Shown: positions 1 through 12,700 of the stretch, in pieces
How positions within the stretch are numbered: the stretch's first letter is position 1
Layout: every line of letters starts with the position of its first letter
Assembly (NCBI GenBank): GCA_013239625.1
Contig: MU054037.1
Location: 374,001 to 438,000, forward strand
Source of the DNA: Lama guanicoe
Lineage: Eukaryota
Direction: 5' to 3'
Length of the DNA stretch: 64,000 nt
Translations under genes and position numbers: made by a program
Notes under the pieces: model-generated
What the model was told of the DNA's origin: nothing
Seen by the model: the letters and a program-made list of their open reading frames with translations, nothing else
Databases searched by the model: none

Positions 1-528
1 GATTCAGTTGAGGCTTCTGTTTCCTGTGAACGCAATAAGGATGATCCTTCCAGTTCCTCGTTTCCTAAGGGAAAAGAAGGATGCTCACTCAGGAGTTTCA
101 GTGAACTTAAACTTTTAAAGCTAAAGGCATAAAGAGGAAAAGCTTTGAGGAAAGGTGATGGGAGAAGATTGGGGTCTCAGAGACTCCCTCCACTGGCTCT
201 GGGCCCCTGGGTCCCCTCCTTCAGTCAGGGGTCTCTGAGGGTGGGGGTCAACCCCAGACTGGTGTCCAATTGGCTTAGCACCTGGCTAAGCACTCAGGCT
301 CCCTGGGATGCAAAGGAGAGTGAAGCCTGCCTTTCCAGGTGAGTATAATTCAGCCCTTGGCTTTACCCAGAGGAGAAATATATGAGCTACAAGCTGAGGA
401 TTTGCTTGAAAACATATCAAGACTTGTTTTTTACTTCAGATCGTGTTGTGCTGCTGTTTCTAATGGTCGTCCTTCTTTCCATTTCCCCTCCTCTTTCTTT
501 TTATCGTGTCTTTAAAATAATACCAAAG

Positions 529-1251
529 GTCCTCTCTCCCCCACGTCGTCCTCCTCACCCTATGGAGGACCGCTTTGCATGGCAGTCCCCCAGCACCCAC
601 AGCCCCTACAAGGACTCCCTCTACCTGAGCTCACCCAAGCCTTACATCCCGCCCAGCACCCTCAGCCAGCAGAGCCCCTCACGACCCCAGCTGGTCCCTG
701 TCGCCTTGGCAGCCAGATCAGCCCCCAAAGGTGTGCCACATCCCAGGCCCCCGCTTCCGGGTTCCACGTTCCCCGGCGCTTCGGCCCAACCCCAGCAGCG
801 CTATGCAGCCGCCAGGACAGTTGAGAGAGAGAATGTGAGCTCTAACCCACGTCATGAGGCAGTTGGGAATAAAAAGGTCAGCAGCTTATATGTACCTTGT
901 TTATCGCACAACATTCGCCGGGTGGCATCGGAAAGCCTCTCCCTTGTTGCACGTGACCCAGCCAAAGGCACTCCCTGGGAAGCTGCAGGCACTCGAGCAC
1001 CGGCGCCCAGCCTTGTCTCCCACACCGCCGGCACAGGAAGGCCACCCTCTGCTCCTCCTCCTGACCCTCCCAAGCTATTCTTTGACATCCGTAAAGATGC
1101 CGTTAACCGTGGCAGGAGTCCTTCCCTGGGGACTCAGTCTCCGTTCCCAGATGCAGTGAGACCACCTGTGCTAGGCCCCCAGGTTACCTCTGATCCCGAA
1201 AACCGGAAGAGAAAAGAGCCTTACCTTTTGCAGCCGTGGTGTCCAGCCAAG
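529..1251 (+). CDS. SORBS1: SORBS1 large proline-rich cassette exon 1 (723 nt, phase 0-0, GC donor)
   Basis: Pyrimidine tract then aag|GTC at 529. Open frame VLSPPRR...QPWCPAK lies within ORF 382..1263. AAG|gcaagg donor joins the next exon in frame. Confidence 0.7.
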
Positions 1252-1862
1252 GCAAGGAACTAGGAATGTTTGTGTGTCTTCTACATTGTCTCTTTCGAAA
1301 CTCATGCGAGCAGCTCGTTTGTTTTCTGGGCCGCCCCACCCTCCCTTCCTCGTTAATACTGCTGCAGCTTGGGTCCTGAATTCTCTCTAAACATCTCAGC
1401 ACAGTCCTCTCCGTCTGCCCCCTCTCTTTTCTGTAAATACGTAAGTACGCTGGAGCGCGGAATCCGTAGACTAATAGTACGGTGAGATGTTCTGTGTTAT
1501 GTCTGTCTTATAACAAGGTGCCAGAGGAATTGTATTTACTCCCAGGCTTTCAGGCTCTGCAAGTGGTTTGGGGGTTAAACACAGCCTGCCTGCCTGTTCT
1601 GTTCTCTCTTTCTCTCTCTCTAAAGTGTTAAAAGGATTCAAAAATAGATGGATGGAAAGTAAACTTGGATGGGGTTCTCTCTGTGTCATAGAGTGTCAGG
1701 AGGCCAGCTGGCTAGCACTGACTGTCTCATGTACTCTGAGGACAGAGCACCGATTAAATGTTTCTCAGAGTACACCATTGCATGTCCACTCTCGACTTTA
1801 AATGTGGAATTCCTTCTTCCCTGCCGTACCCCTTTACATAACGACCCCCTTATTTCCTACAG

Positions 1863-2225
1863 GATGCCACGTCCTCCAGCCCAGCCCAGCCCGAGGTCAT
1901 AGTTGTCCCTCTCTACCTGGTTAACACTGACAGAGGTCACGAAGGCACTGACAGACCCCCGGCATCTCTGGGGCCGCCCGGCCCCCCAGTCCCGGCGACC
2001 ACCCCCGCCGGCTCACCTCTGGCCTTGCCGACTCTAGATGATTTCATTCCCCCTCACCTGCAGAGGTGGTCCCACCACAGCCAGCCAGCCCGTGCTCCTG
2101 GCTCCTTCCCTCCCGCGAGCCAGACGCCACCATCCTTCTCACCACCGCCTCCGCTGGTCCCTCCGGCGCCCGAGGGCCTCCGCAGAGCCTCGGAGCCTGG
2201 CCTCAAGGGAGCTGTTTCAAGTACC
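1863..2225 (+). CDS. SORBS1: SORBS1 exon 2 (363 nt) DATSSSPAQPEVIVVPLYLVNTDR...GAVSST
   Basis: cctacag|GAT acceptor, ACC|gtaagc donor; matches recalled SORBS1 peptide. Confidence 0.95.
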
Positions 2226-5200
2226 GTAAGCTTGCTGGATCCCCTCCCTCACAGCTTTCCTGACTGTCTGCTCCCGGCAGTAAAACCACCACAACAACAA
2301 CAGCAAAACCAAAAGGCCCTTTCTCGCTGAAATACTGAGTTCTGAGAGAGATGTAGGCTGCCCTGTGCTTGTGTGATGACCAGAACCGTGTTTGCTTTCA
2401 CTAGAGCATGCCTTCCCTGTGCATTCCGTGGGCCTCTTGTGGCTGTTCACCCGCCTCTCAAGACCCTCTTCCTCTCTGTCCTGTTCCAAATGCACGTCTT
2501 CCTGCAGAGCAGACCGCCTCCGTGGCCTTTCCTTTGGCTAGCTGCCCCTTCGTAGACCAGGCAGATGTAATGTGGAGAGCTGAGGAAGGCTGGAGAATTG
2601 CCTGGAAAAGCCACCAGCAGGCATGGTGCTAACCGCTTCTCCACCAGGGAGCAGGGAGATTCTAGGGAGGAAAAGATTCACTCTTGTTGATCTTGCAAGT
2701 AAGCGAACTCTTTTATATACAGCAATGGCAAGGACTGGGTTTTAAACAGAAAGAAAGCTTAATTGAGTGAATGGTTATAAAAGTTTGGTACAAGTGTTAG
2801 CACTGTTGCCTCCAAAGGCAGAAAAGTTGCTGGGGCCCCTGCGTAGTGGCTGCCAGGAGCCTTTGTGGCAAAACAGCACCCCAGTGGTCGTGGTCGTGGG
2901 AAGTTGGAGCATCTTGATGCTTGATGTCCTGTCCTGTAAGGGGCAAGTCCCCAGCATAGTGAGAAAGCCCAGGAGCTTTAGAGGAAAGGCTAAGTCAAAG
3001 GACTCGGTCTGTTGTCCCCTCGGGAGCCCTGGGAATTGAGAGTGAAAGCAGCTCAGTGTGAGTTGTAAAGTGGAGCTGCCTGAATCTGTCAGGGCTGTGG
3101 GGTGCAGCAGGGCTGAGCACATAAAAGTTCCTATTCCGGTGCTCGGAACAGAGAGTGCCCAGTAAACGTGAGCTGTGGTGCCAGGGACTTGCCCTACAAA
3201 CAGGCCAGAGTCCTTCAAATATGAGTAACTGGCTAATTAGCAATCAGTCATGAGTACCTCCCATATTCCAGGTATTCTGCTAGATTCTGTGGGCACAAGC
3301 GCGAACAGAGGATTTATCTCAGTAGTGAATTACTGCTCAAGATTAGTGTGCATGGGATTGTCTGAGGTTGTACTGCTAGAGTTTCTGGTTGAGTGGGTGT
3401 GAGGAGGGGCCTAGGGACTGAAACTGGGTAACAGGCATTCTGGGAGACTCTGATGCTGAGAATCTGTGGGCCACATTTTGAGATGTAGTGACTTAGCGGG
3501 TCTTGCAATTGGCTGATGGAACTAAACGTTCATTGACATCCCTCCACGCAAAGAGATATACTTACAAAACTGGCTCAGAGGGCTCATTAAACTGAAGCCC
3601 GTCATGCAGAAAGCAGGAAGGAAACTTTTTTTTTTTGACTTGTAAGAGAAATTACTCCCAGGCCACCAGAGCTGAGAAAGGCTACATCCTCTTCTCAAAT
3701 CATAGATACAGCATGACGCAGTTAGGTGAGGACCTGGCCAGATGTGGCCAGGGGCTTAGATATCCTAGTTTAGAGCTTTTTGCAACTCAGCTCTGTTGAA
3801 GAAAATTGCTAGGTGGTTCACTGATACCCTCTTCTCACCTCAGCTCAACTCGTATGTGACTTTAGATACCACTCTTGTTCTGAAGAGTTCAGGCACAGAA
3901 TGTTTCTCTAGAGCAGCGTGTAAAGCAAGTCTTGTTTTTAGTGCACCATCATGAGCAGTGTTCTCGTGTACCCACACTTGGTCATTTATGGGGATCTAGA
4001 TTTTCATGTTGAGTTTGTTGCAGGTGTGCCCAGACGGATCATTTGGGACAGTGTCCTCAATGTCTCAAACCTGCCTGGTCAGCCTGGTACAGACTTCTCA
4101 GGAGGGACTTCATTTGGCCCCATAACTTCTGGTTTGGCCCTGGATACAGAGTAAGAGGTGAAAAAGGAAACTGCTTGAGTGACAGTTGTCAAGAGCAGGA
4201 GCCCCTGTGGGTGGCGGCCAAGCCACCAGTTGGTATCTGCTTCACCTGCAATGACTGGAGAGTAAGAGGGAAGGAAATTCGTGTTCATTGATCCCGATTC
4301 TTTTAGTCAATAGCCATTTTTGTGATGTTCCAGAAATAAGACTTAAATGCTGGAATAAAATTTGTAAGATGCTTAGTGTTCACCTGCTGCATCCAGGAGT
4401 TTATAAAGAGCTGTCTGCCTGATTTTTGTGTGTATCTTGGCAGTTTTCATTGTTATGTCATTTGTCTTTATTACATCACTTTGAAGGTAAATTAGGATAA
4501 GTGTATATTGTTTTCCACTTTACAAAAGGAAAAACACAGAGATAAGACACTTTTATACAAGATTATATTGTGCCTCTGGAGTCTTGGGACAAGGTTTCAT
4601 TTACTAAACTGAGCTGCCACTCGTAACTGACAGCTGTGACATTAGGGCACTTTCAGAAGAGGTGGGCTGACCAAACCAGTGTTTTTAAGGAAGCCCCTAC
4701 TGTGTGTCAGGCACTGTCCCGGGTGCTGACACTCACATCCTCTCTTTTGATGGGCACGTGTTGTCTTGCCGCAGAAATTGTTCAGAAACACCTTTGCTGG
4801 TTGACGGCTCCTGTCACTCATGTGGCATTGTGCTAGATGCAGGGGGAAGAGGCGGGTGGGGGGCGTGGCCCTTGTCCTGCAGGTACATGCAGGGCCGGGG
4901 CGGCTGATCTCTGCTGGGCATACTGACTGCTTTGAGCTCTACTCTTATCTGGAAGGTAATTCTGTCTTGTTTTTCGAACCTTTTAAGAATGACATTCTGG
5001 CTTTAGGGTAAATTCCAAAATAGAAGCTTTACAAAATTTATAGGTATGATAGAGGAAGCTGTCTGCATATCCTTGCTACATTTTGAGGTCTTCATGACTT
5101 TAAAAGGCTGGCATTATTCTCATCATGCAGATTATAATGTTAGTATAGTAGTAATTTTATTGGTATTTCTGGCAGAGGCCTCAGGATTTTGAAGTTAGGA

Positions 5201-5805
5201 CTTTGACTTCAGAGATCTTTGTCACTCAATATTGGAGTGAAAAAAATGTCACAGTGGGACAGGATAATACCCAAATCTCAGAAGCAAGTTGCTAGTAAGT
5301 TCAGTGATGTAGATACTATAAGTAACTTTCCAAGAGTTCCAATGCTCGGCTCTTTTCTGTTCTTACATCGAAGGCTTCATGTCTTCACATTGTCTCATGT
5401 TTCTTTAAACAAGTGTACTAAACTTTTCCTGATTTTCCCCGCAATTACACCAGCTCTCGTCCTCAGATTGCACTGAGAATTGCATGAGTTTTGCATGTTA
5501 TGCTACTTTGATTTGAATTTGCTTTTTCAGTAACTGGATTGATCCACAGCTATGACCAGGTGAAAATAATGAATGACGTTGCTGAGACCGAGTAACAGTT
5601 CACCTTCCTTCTCTCCCCTTACTAATACCAACAAAGAAAATAGACATTGCAGATTAAACTTCTAACTGGAATTAGTATGTCTCACTCGTTACATTTCTTT
5701 TTATAATTAAAGTCCTCATAAAGCTTTAAATCTCTTCTTTTTAAAGAGCATCACCTCCAGGTTTCCTGTAGTTACAGTAAGTGACCGTGTGTGTTTTCTT
5801 TTCAG

Positions 5806-5950
5806 GACTCAAGTCCCCCACTAAATGAAGTCTCTTTGTCCCACGTTGGAACTGATTCCCAAACCTCTGCACAAGTGAGCAAGCCACCATCTGCCTACCC
5901 CTCCACGACAATCGTCAACCCCACCATCGTGCTCCTGCAGCACAACCGAG
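5806..5950 (+). CDS. SORBS1: SORBS1 exon 3 (145 nt) DSSPPLNEVS...PTIVLLQHNR
   Basis: ttttcag|GAC acceptor, CGAG|gtaagg donor. Confidence 0.95.
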
Positions 5951-8900
5951 GTAAGGGTTCTGCGCGGGGCACCCCACTCCCAGCTCGCTGCAGCCCACAT
6001 AGCTGTTCTGTGACATCTGGGGCGAGAATTCTGCCAATCCACAGAATTTTTCATAAATCCCGTTCTTCCCCGAGGCCACCTGCCCCAGTTTGCTCACTGC
6101 CACGGCCCACAAAGTGGATCACAGCCGCAGACAGAGGCCCCTGATCGGGGGTGATGTGAGGTCTCTGAACAAGTGAACAGGTGGTGTGTGTGTCCCTGAA
6201 GATTCAGTTTTCCTCAGATGGGAGCTCCAAAAAAGAAAGGAAAGACAGGAAGGGAAAAGTCTGTGCCTTAATTCCTGTCATGAGGATTCTAGCTGGAGCT
6301 GTGCTGGGACGATCCAGGTGCAGTCATACCTCTTTTAAGTGCTGTCCTAAACCCTGTAGTTCTGTGACATGAATTCTCTAGAAAGCAAAAATTTGAGTAC
6401 CAAAAATTTTAAAAGAAGAAAACCTAGTGGATGGGAAATGTTCTAAAATAGAAAATGTGGTTTTGTATCTCTCAAACGGAAGCTTTTGAACTTTTTCTCA
6501 GTGACTCACAGCTTCGTTCTCCCCAGGAGTTGCTGCGCTGGGCCCTCGCTCAGGGGCTCCCTCTGGGGACTTGGGGATGGTGTGGCTCTCTGCCCCTTAC
6601 GCTGCGCGGCCCCAGGCAGCTCGGCTGAGGGTTTCTGTGTGTGTTTTCTAGAGTTCCTCTGGCTGCTTCTGGTTGGTTCTTCCCTTTCTCTGAAGGGGCA
6701 TCTTAGGGGAAACAGTGCTTTGAAGTAATCATTGTGTATATTGAGCATTCTGCTTTAAAATTCCAGAAGGTGGTTCTAGGTCCAAGTTTTCCTTTTTGGA
6801 ATTCCAGAGAGGAATACACCTCAGAAAAATCCTTTGCAGTGTGACATGTAACATTTTCAGGCTGTTTCCTAGTGTAGAAAGGGCTCTTGAGTCTTAATTC
6901 CAGAGAACAGTAGCAGTTTAATTATTTTTTTCAGAGCTCAGAGCTCGGCACCAGATCTTCCTTTTCTTGACTCCCTGCTCGCCTGCTTCACAGTTTCCTT
7001 CCCCTCTCCTCCCCTCCCCTCCCCTCCGTATTAACTGGGATGAGACTGGAACTGGAGTCTATTTTTAATTGTTTTCCATATTAAATGGAGTTTTCTATTT
7101 CCTGCCTCTAACTTGAAAAGCAGATGAATGAAACTTTTTCTCACTTAGTCTTCCCACTCAAATCTTAGTTATTTCAGTAATTTTATTTTTCCATTTTGTG
7201 TGGCTCCCACATTCATTTTCACCCATCAGTCTGTATTCTTCAAAAATAAAAGGGTCCCCCCCCCACACTAATCTGTGTAAGAGCCCCTTCTCCTTGCAGC
7301 CGTGCCGTACCCCTTACTGGCAACAGCTTTCTCTGCCCAGAAAGTGTCCATAAAGCAGGACAAAGTGAAGTTTTGGTTCTCTGTGAACTTCTTTATGACT
7401 CATCTTTAAAAAAAAAAAACCCACTCAAAAAGAAGCAAGTTAGTTCCCAGAAGGAAAGGCAGTTTTTCTAAAGATGGGATTTAGTCCCAAGGCCACTTGG
7501 TTTTTGGGAAATGCCAAGAAGTGTACTGCCAGCTGCTCCTGGTGACACCTAGCGAGGCATTTTTAGGGCATAGAAATGCCCGTAGCTCCTTTTTGTTTCT
7601 TCCCTGAACAGATGAGTTCTTCTTATTTACCCAAATGTCTTTGGTTTTTGCCTTTCTCTTTGGTCCAAGTCCTGCCCTTGGGTTTATACATCAGAATTCT
7701 GCAGCCTGAATCACATTTCCTTCAGAAAAGGGTTCAAAGTACATTAGTTTTTTGGCATTACAAGGTAGCTTCCCATAAAGAGCAAACCGCCTGCTTCCTG
7801 AGTGGGGGTGGGAGGCGCGTGCAGGAAGAGTCGAGGATCCCGGCCTCAGATCACTGATCATCAGCGGGCTGTGGGGCAAGTGTTTTTGGCTTCACTTTGG
7901 AGTTTACCCAACCCGGCAGCCCTGCTTTGCCTCACAGACAGTACCCGTGAAAGCAATTTCTTAACTATTGCAGAGTCTCCCGAGGGAAAGACAACTCTAC
8001 TCCACTTCTAGAATTCTAGTTTAGTCATCCTGAAAAAGACTCCCTTTTGTTCCTGCCTGGGCTGCCCCAGGGCACAGTGTGACAGTAACCCTGTCTCCCC
8101 AAGCCAGCACCCCCGGCACACACACTGCAGACAGACGGAGGCACCCAGCCCCCAGCCTGGCTCTGACAGCTCCAGCCCTCCCTCCAGAGCTTTCTGTCCC
8201 ACATGTGTTTGAGGGCAGATGGTTTGTGATCAGCCTTGGGGGAAGAAGATTTGAATCAGAAAACTCTCAGGACTTAAGGTGCATGGGTGCTCTAGCTCGG
8301 AGATTCTGGGTCTTTAATGTGCATAGAAACCTGGGAACCAGATTCGGGAGGCGCTTGGCGGAGAGGCTTAGGGGAGAGGTTCTGCATTTTTTCAGCAACC
8401 TCGCAGTGCATGTCTGTGGAGAACAGGAGCTTCATGGTCGGGTGAGATGATCTGGGGACAACCCTAGGGGTGCTGATTTCTAACTTTGCTGAATAACACT
8501 CCTGAAAAACTGCTATGACCTACATTGCACACATCTCTCTATGAAAGAAAGGCTGTTCCACACCTCAGAAGTGGGACACAATGTAGTCTTTTCAGGTGAA
8601 GATATTTGCCTTTGATTGCTGGGGAAGGCCTTGCCTCCGGCTTGGAGAATAGCCTTTGGGAACGACAGATCCACTGAGCACTTTGACTTAACAGACAAGG
8701 AAACTGAGGCTGAGAAATTATGTGATTGGGTAGTGCTGTTTGGCAAGTTGCTGGCAGAGCCAAGCCTAGGGCTCTGCCGGGCTCCTGTGGTCCAGCCGGT
8801 GCCAGCGTCACCCACGTGCCCGACGTGGACAGGGCCGCTTCCGCCAGCTGTGAGCGCCCCCGTGGCTCTGTTTACTTCTTGCCCGCATTGGTTCTGGAGG

Positions 8901-9735
8901 GAGGGTGGGGACGCCGCCAAGGAGCATGATGACGGCACCCATGGGCTGGCAAGTGTTCTGTTTTTATCGATGTGGCTGCTTTATATTTAGCAGCTGTGGA
9001 AGGTACAGGTCATTTTTGTGCTTATCCCAAAGCACGTACACACAGAACCCTCTGGAGGAGGTGCTGGCCGCCCCTCTTCCAGAGTGTCCAGGATGGTGGG
9101 AGACACATAGCCCTCCGGTGTCAAGGAGCAGCAGGGGCCTGGTGGTGAGAGCTGGAAAGAAACCTGGGGAACCCAGGTTCTAGGCACAGCTCTGATTTTC
9201 ACTGTCATCTTGGGTAGTTTCTGCCCCCTCTCTGAGGTCTCCCAGCTAGTGCTGACCTACCTGCTAGGGTTACTGCAAAGATTGAAAGTGTTAACACATG
9301 AGAAAGCTCTTAAAACAATGTCTAGCATTTAGCAAGCTCTCAGGTGATAGCTGCCATGGTGATGATCACATATCCCTCCAAACATACCGAGACTGGGGTT
9401 GTATAAGGTCCTGCTCCCTTAATACCAGGGGAGTTGAGGGTCTGCTTCAGTGATCAGATCATCCTAAGACAAGATGTAAACAACCAGAAAACAGTGACAG
9501 TTCCCTGAATCCTGGTGCAAATCTAGGGGAAGAGGGACAGGAGACCCCGCACCCGAATGATGAAGCCGCATTAATATCCCTGTATTCAGCTGGACTGTGT
9601 AATATTTTAGTGTCTAAGCCCAGAGGACGGGAAGAATGCAGCTTTGGGGACCCTAGTGAGTTATGCCAGGACTTCTTAGTCCTACTGCGTCTGTGGAAAC
9701 CTCACTTACACTGTGTATTTTTTCTTTCATCACAG

Positions 9736-9765
9736 AACAGCAGAAGCGACTCAGTAGCCTTTCAG
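9736..9765 (+). CDS. SORBS1: SORBS1 30-nt micro-exon 4 (E)QQKRLSSLS
   Basis: cacag|AA acceptor, TCAG|gtaggt donor, phase 1-1. Confidence 0.92.
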
Positions 9766-12700
9766 GTAGGTGAGAAATATTTATTTACACATTAACACCT
9801 GTTCCTGCTAAAGCCATCTTCTGGTCCCCACCTGATGTGTTTGGTCAGTGGGAAGTCTTGTGAGCTCCTCTGATGTGCTGGGAGCTCTACTTATTCCTGG
9901 GCTGCAAGGATGATGAAAATGGGTGTGGTTCCTGCCTCCCCGGAGCTTGCAGGCTGGTGGGGGCAGACCAGTGGCACAGACTAGAAAATGTGTCCCGTGG
10001 GACTGTGACAGGTGCCTTGCTGGGTAAGAACAGGCTGTTCTGAATGAGAAGAACAAGGAGCTCTGCTTTGGATGGAGTGCTCCTGGCCAGCCCCAGTGAA
10101 GGCCCCACCTTCCTATTGCTTCTGTCTCTTCAAGTGCAGGTCTGAGGCTCAGAAAGGTGGGCACGTTCTCTCATTTTTGGGTGACAAGCCCAAATGCCAG
10201 TGGTGGACCTGGGATGGTGGGCCTAGGTGTGAGAGCTTCCAGACCAGCCGTGCCTGGAAGAGGGCGGGAGAGCACTGCTTCCTGGACTCGATCAGGCACC
10301 AGAGTCTTCTGGTCAAAACCTGATTCCCAGGCCACAGCCCCAGAGACTCAGGTTCAGGGATATAGGTGAGAAGCTGCATTTCTGACCAGCTCCCCGGTGA
10401 TTCTGATGCTCCCCTTTGCATTGACCACATTAGAGCGGCAAGTTTCCTCCACCTCAAGCCGACGATGGTGGAGAGTGGCTGCAAATATAATCAGATATCC
10501 AAGCTCACGCCCTGATAAAGTGTGCAGGATTGGGACAGCGCTGGGTGGGGAGGAAACGAACAGGCTGGCCCGGGTGATGGGGAAAGCTAGGAATGGGAAT
10601 GTTTGGCCATTTCCTTCTGGCTTTCTGTAGCCAGAATCCTGGTTCTCGCACTTACTAATGCTGAGACCTTAGGACTGATGATTTACTCTATGGATCCCTT
10701 TTTTTTATCTGCCCAAGGCAGGAGTGCCTCCTAGGTCCTGCTTGTAAACAGCTTAGCACTGAGCACTGGCACTCCTAAGAGCTTGGTAGATGTGAGTTAC
10801 CACTGTCAGTTGATGCCTCCGTTGGTTCGCTTTTCATTTTACTGGGTGTCTACTCTGCCAGGCACCGAGCCAGGCTCTGGGGCTGTATCAGGGAACTGTG
10901 CTGCTTTCAAGGAGCTTATGGTGTTGTATCATGGCCTGTAACCTTGTTCTGGTAGTGGACTTGTTTGGAGAATCTAAGGAAGGAAGTAGATTCATTCTTA
11001 GAAAAAGCCACATGTGTGCAAACATATGGCACATGGAAGATTTGCAGACACTCGTGAGCTCTGGGGTTAAGAACCTCTGATCTGGTGGTAGTAAAGCCAC
11101 CATTTTTCCGAGCAGCTCCTCCATGATGTCTGTGTTCTTTAACCCCCGCTGCTGTCCTTGTGATCCAAGGAGAGCCAGGGTGGAGGACATGGGGTTCTCA
11201 CAGCCTCTCAGCTGTATCAGGACTTGGCCGCAGGACCAGGACAGCCTGTGGTTGAGCTCAAGGTGCCCTTCGCTGCCCCTCCTGGAGCTGCCACACTCCA
11301 GCCCACTTCACTCCCTGGCCCCAGCCCAGGCTGCTGAGAACTGGGTGGCTCTGAAAAGTAGCCCCTGCGGGCGCCTGCCTGCCTTTGGGAGTTTGAAAAG
11401 GCATCAACTCAAGTTAGGGGGCCCAGAGTTTGGTCAGGGTTCTTCCTTCTTATACTCGCTGTTGATCCCTGGTTCAGTGACTTCACTTCTCCAAGCCAGT
11501 TTCCTCGTGTGGGAAATGGGCCTGGTAACCCTCTGCCCTGCCGCAAAGAGGCGCCGTAGGGGTCCTGCACGACGGGAAGTGGGGTGTGCTTTGCACACTG
11601 GAAGGTGCTGTGTGCGTGTCAGAGCTGCTCCATCACGCTGGCAGGCTCAGGCCGCCTTCTCTGCTCTAACATAAGCCCAGTGCTTCCACCCTTATTTTAG
11701 GACAGATCCACTAATGGTGTTTGATACAGTGAGACATAAAGTAGGTGCTCCCTAAATGTAGGTTTGTTTAAAAAGAAAAAGCACCGTCTTGTTCAGAAGC
11801 TCCTGAAGGAGAGAGGGCTGGCGGGGCTGGTGCTCCAGTCTGTGCCCTGGAGGAAGTGAAAGAGGCCTTGCCCATCACACTGGCGATGTGGGACCAGGAC
11901 CACCGGCCTCCCTCCCCTTACCAGATTTTGTCTTGACCTCTGTGAGGCTTCATGCTCACTGAGATTCCTCCAGGGATGAGACCCACATGGGATTTGGCCT
12001 CATGAAGCTCCTGGTCCCCTTGGGTGGACAGACAGGAAAACAGGATAAAGGCTGGGACAGAGGGGCCAGCATAGGTGTAGAGAGCCCACCCCTCACTTCC
12101 CCCTAGGGCAGTGTAAGCGTGACTGCTGTCCTCAGTCACAAAGCTTTGGGTGTGAAGAAAAGAGACACTTTCCCACCTCCCACAAACACAGATGCCCCGT
12201 CCAGGTTGTCAGCAGCATCCTTTATTTAGTGGCCCTTTCCAGGACCTTCCTGTTTAAAGCACAGTGTAAAACCAGCAGGAACTGTTCCAGGATGTCCTGT
12301 GAGGATCAGTATTTGCCTAGTGAGAAATAACAGCAAGGCTTCATTGTAACCCAGTGTCAAAGGATGGCCCTGTCACCTGCGCGGTACAATGAAGTGTTAC
12401 TTTGGTTTTCTGCTATATAAAGAAACATTTTTTCTTTAGAGGTTGCAATTCAGCCTTCTGTATTTTGAAATCCACTCAGTCATGAATCACATGATTACAG
12501 GCTTCTAAATTAAAATAATTCAGGGCTAATTTTTGTAGCTCAAAAGGACTCTGGCAGCTTGGGAACAAATCCATGGACTGTCAGCCTGAGTTTGCAGTTA
12601 AGTGATTGTTGCTAGAGCCACCTGCCCTAACAATTTCTTACAAATTACTCTGGGTCTGGAAACGCAGAGATTGGCATATCTGTGATCTTCCTCTTAAGAG

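Noticed and set aside
382..528. ATG at 382 as the start of a standalone 293-aa gene with a hydrophobic N-terminus
   Set aside because: The hydrophobic stretch is the translated polypyrimidine tract of the acceptor at 529. The region is better explained as intron plus exon.
11123..11674. 183-aa ORF (similarly 19984..20439, 38663..39157 and other 60-160 aa ORFs)
   Set aside because: Intronic, often non-ATG starts, some overlapping repeat remnants, no recognisable domain or codon bias; expected by chance.
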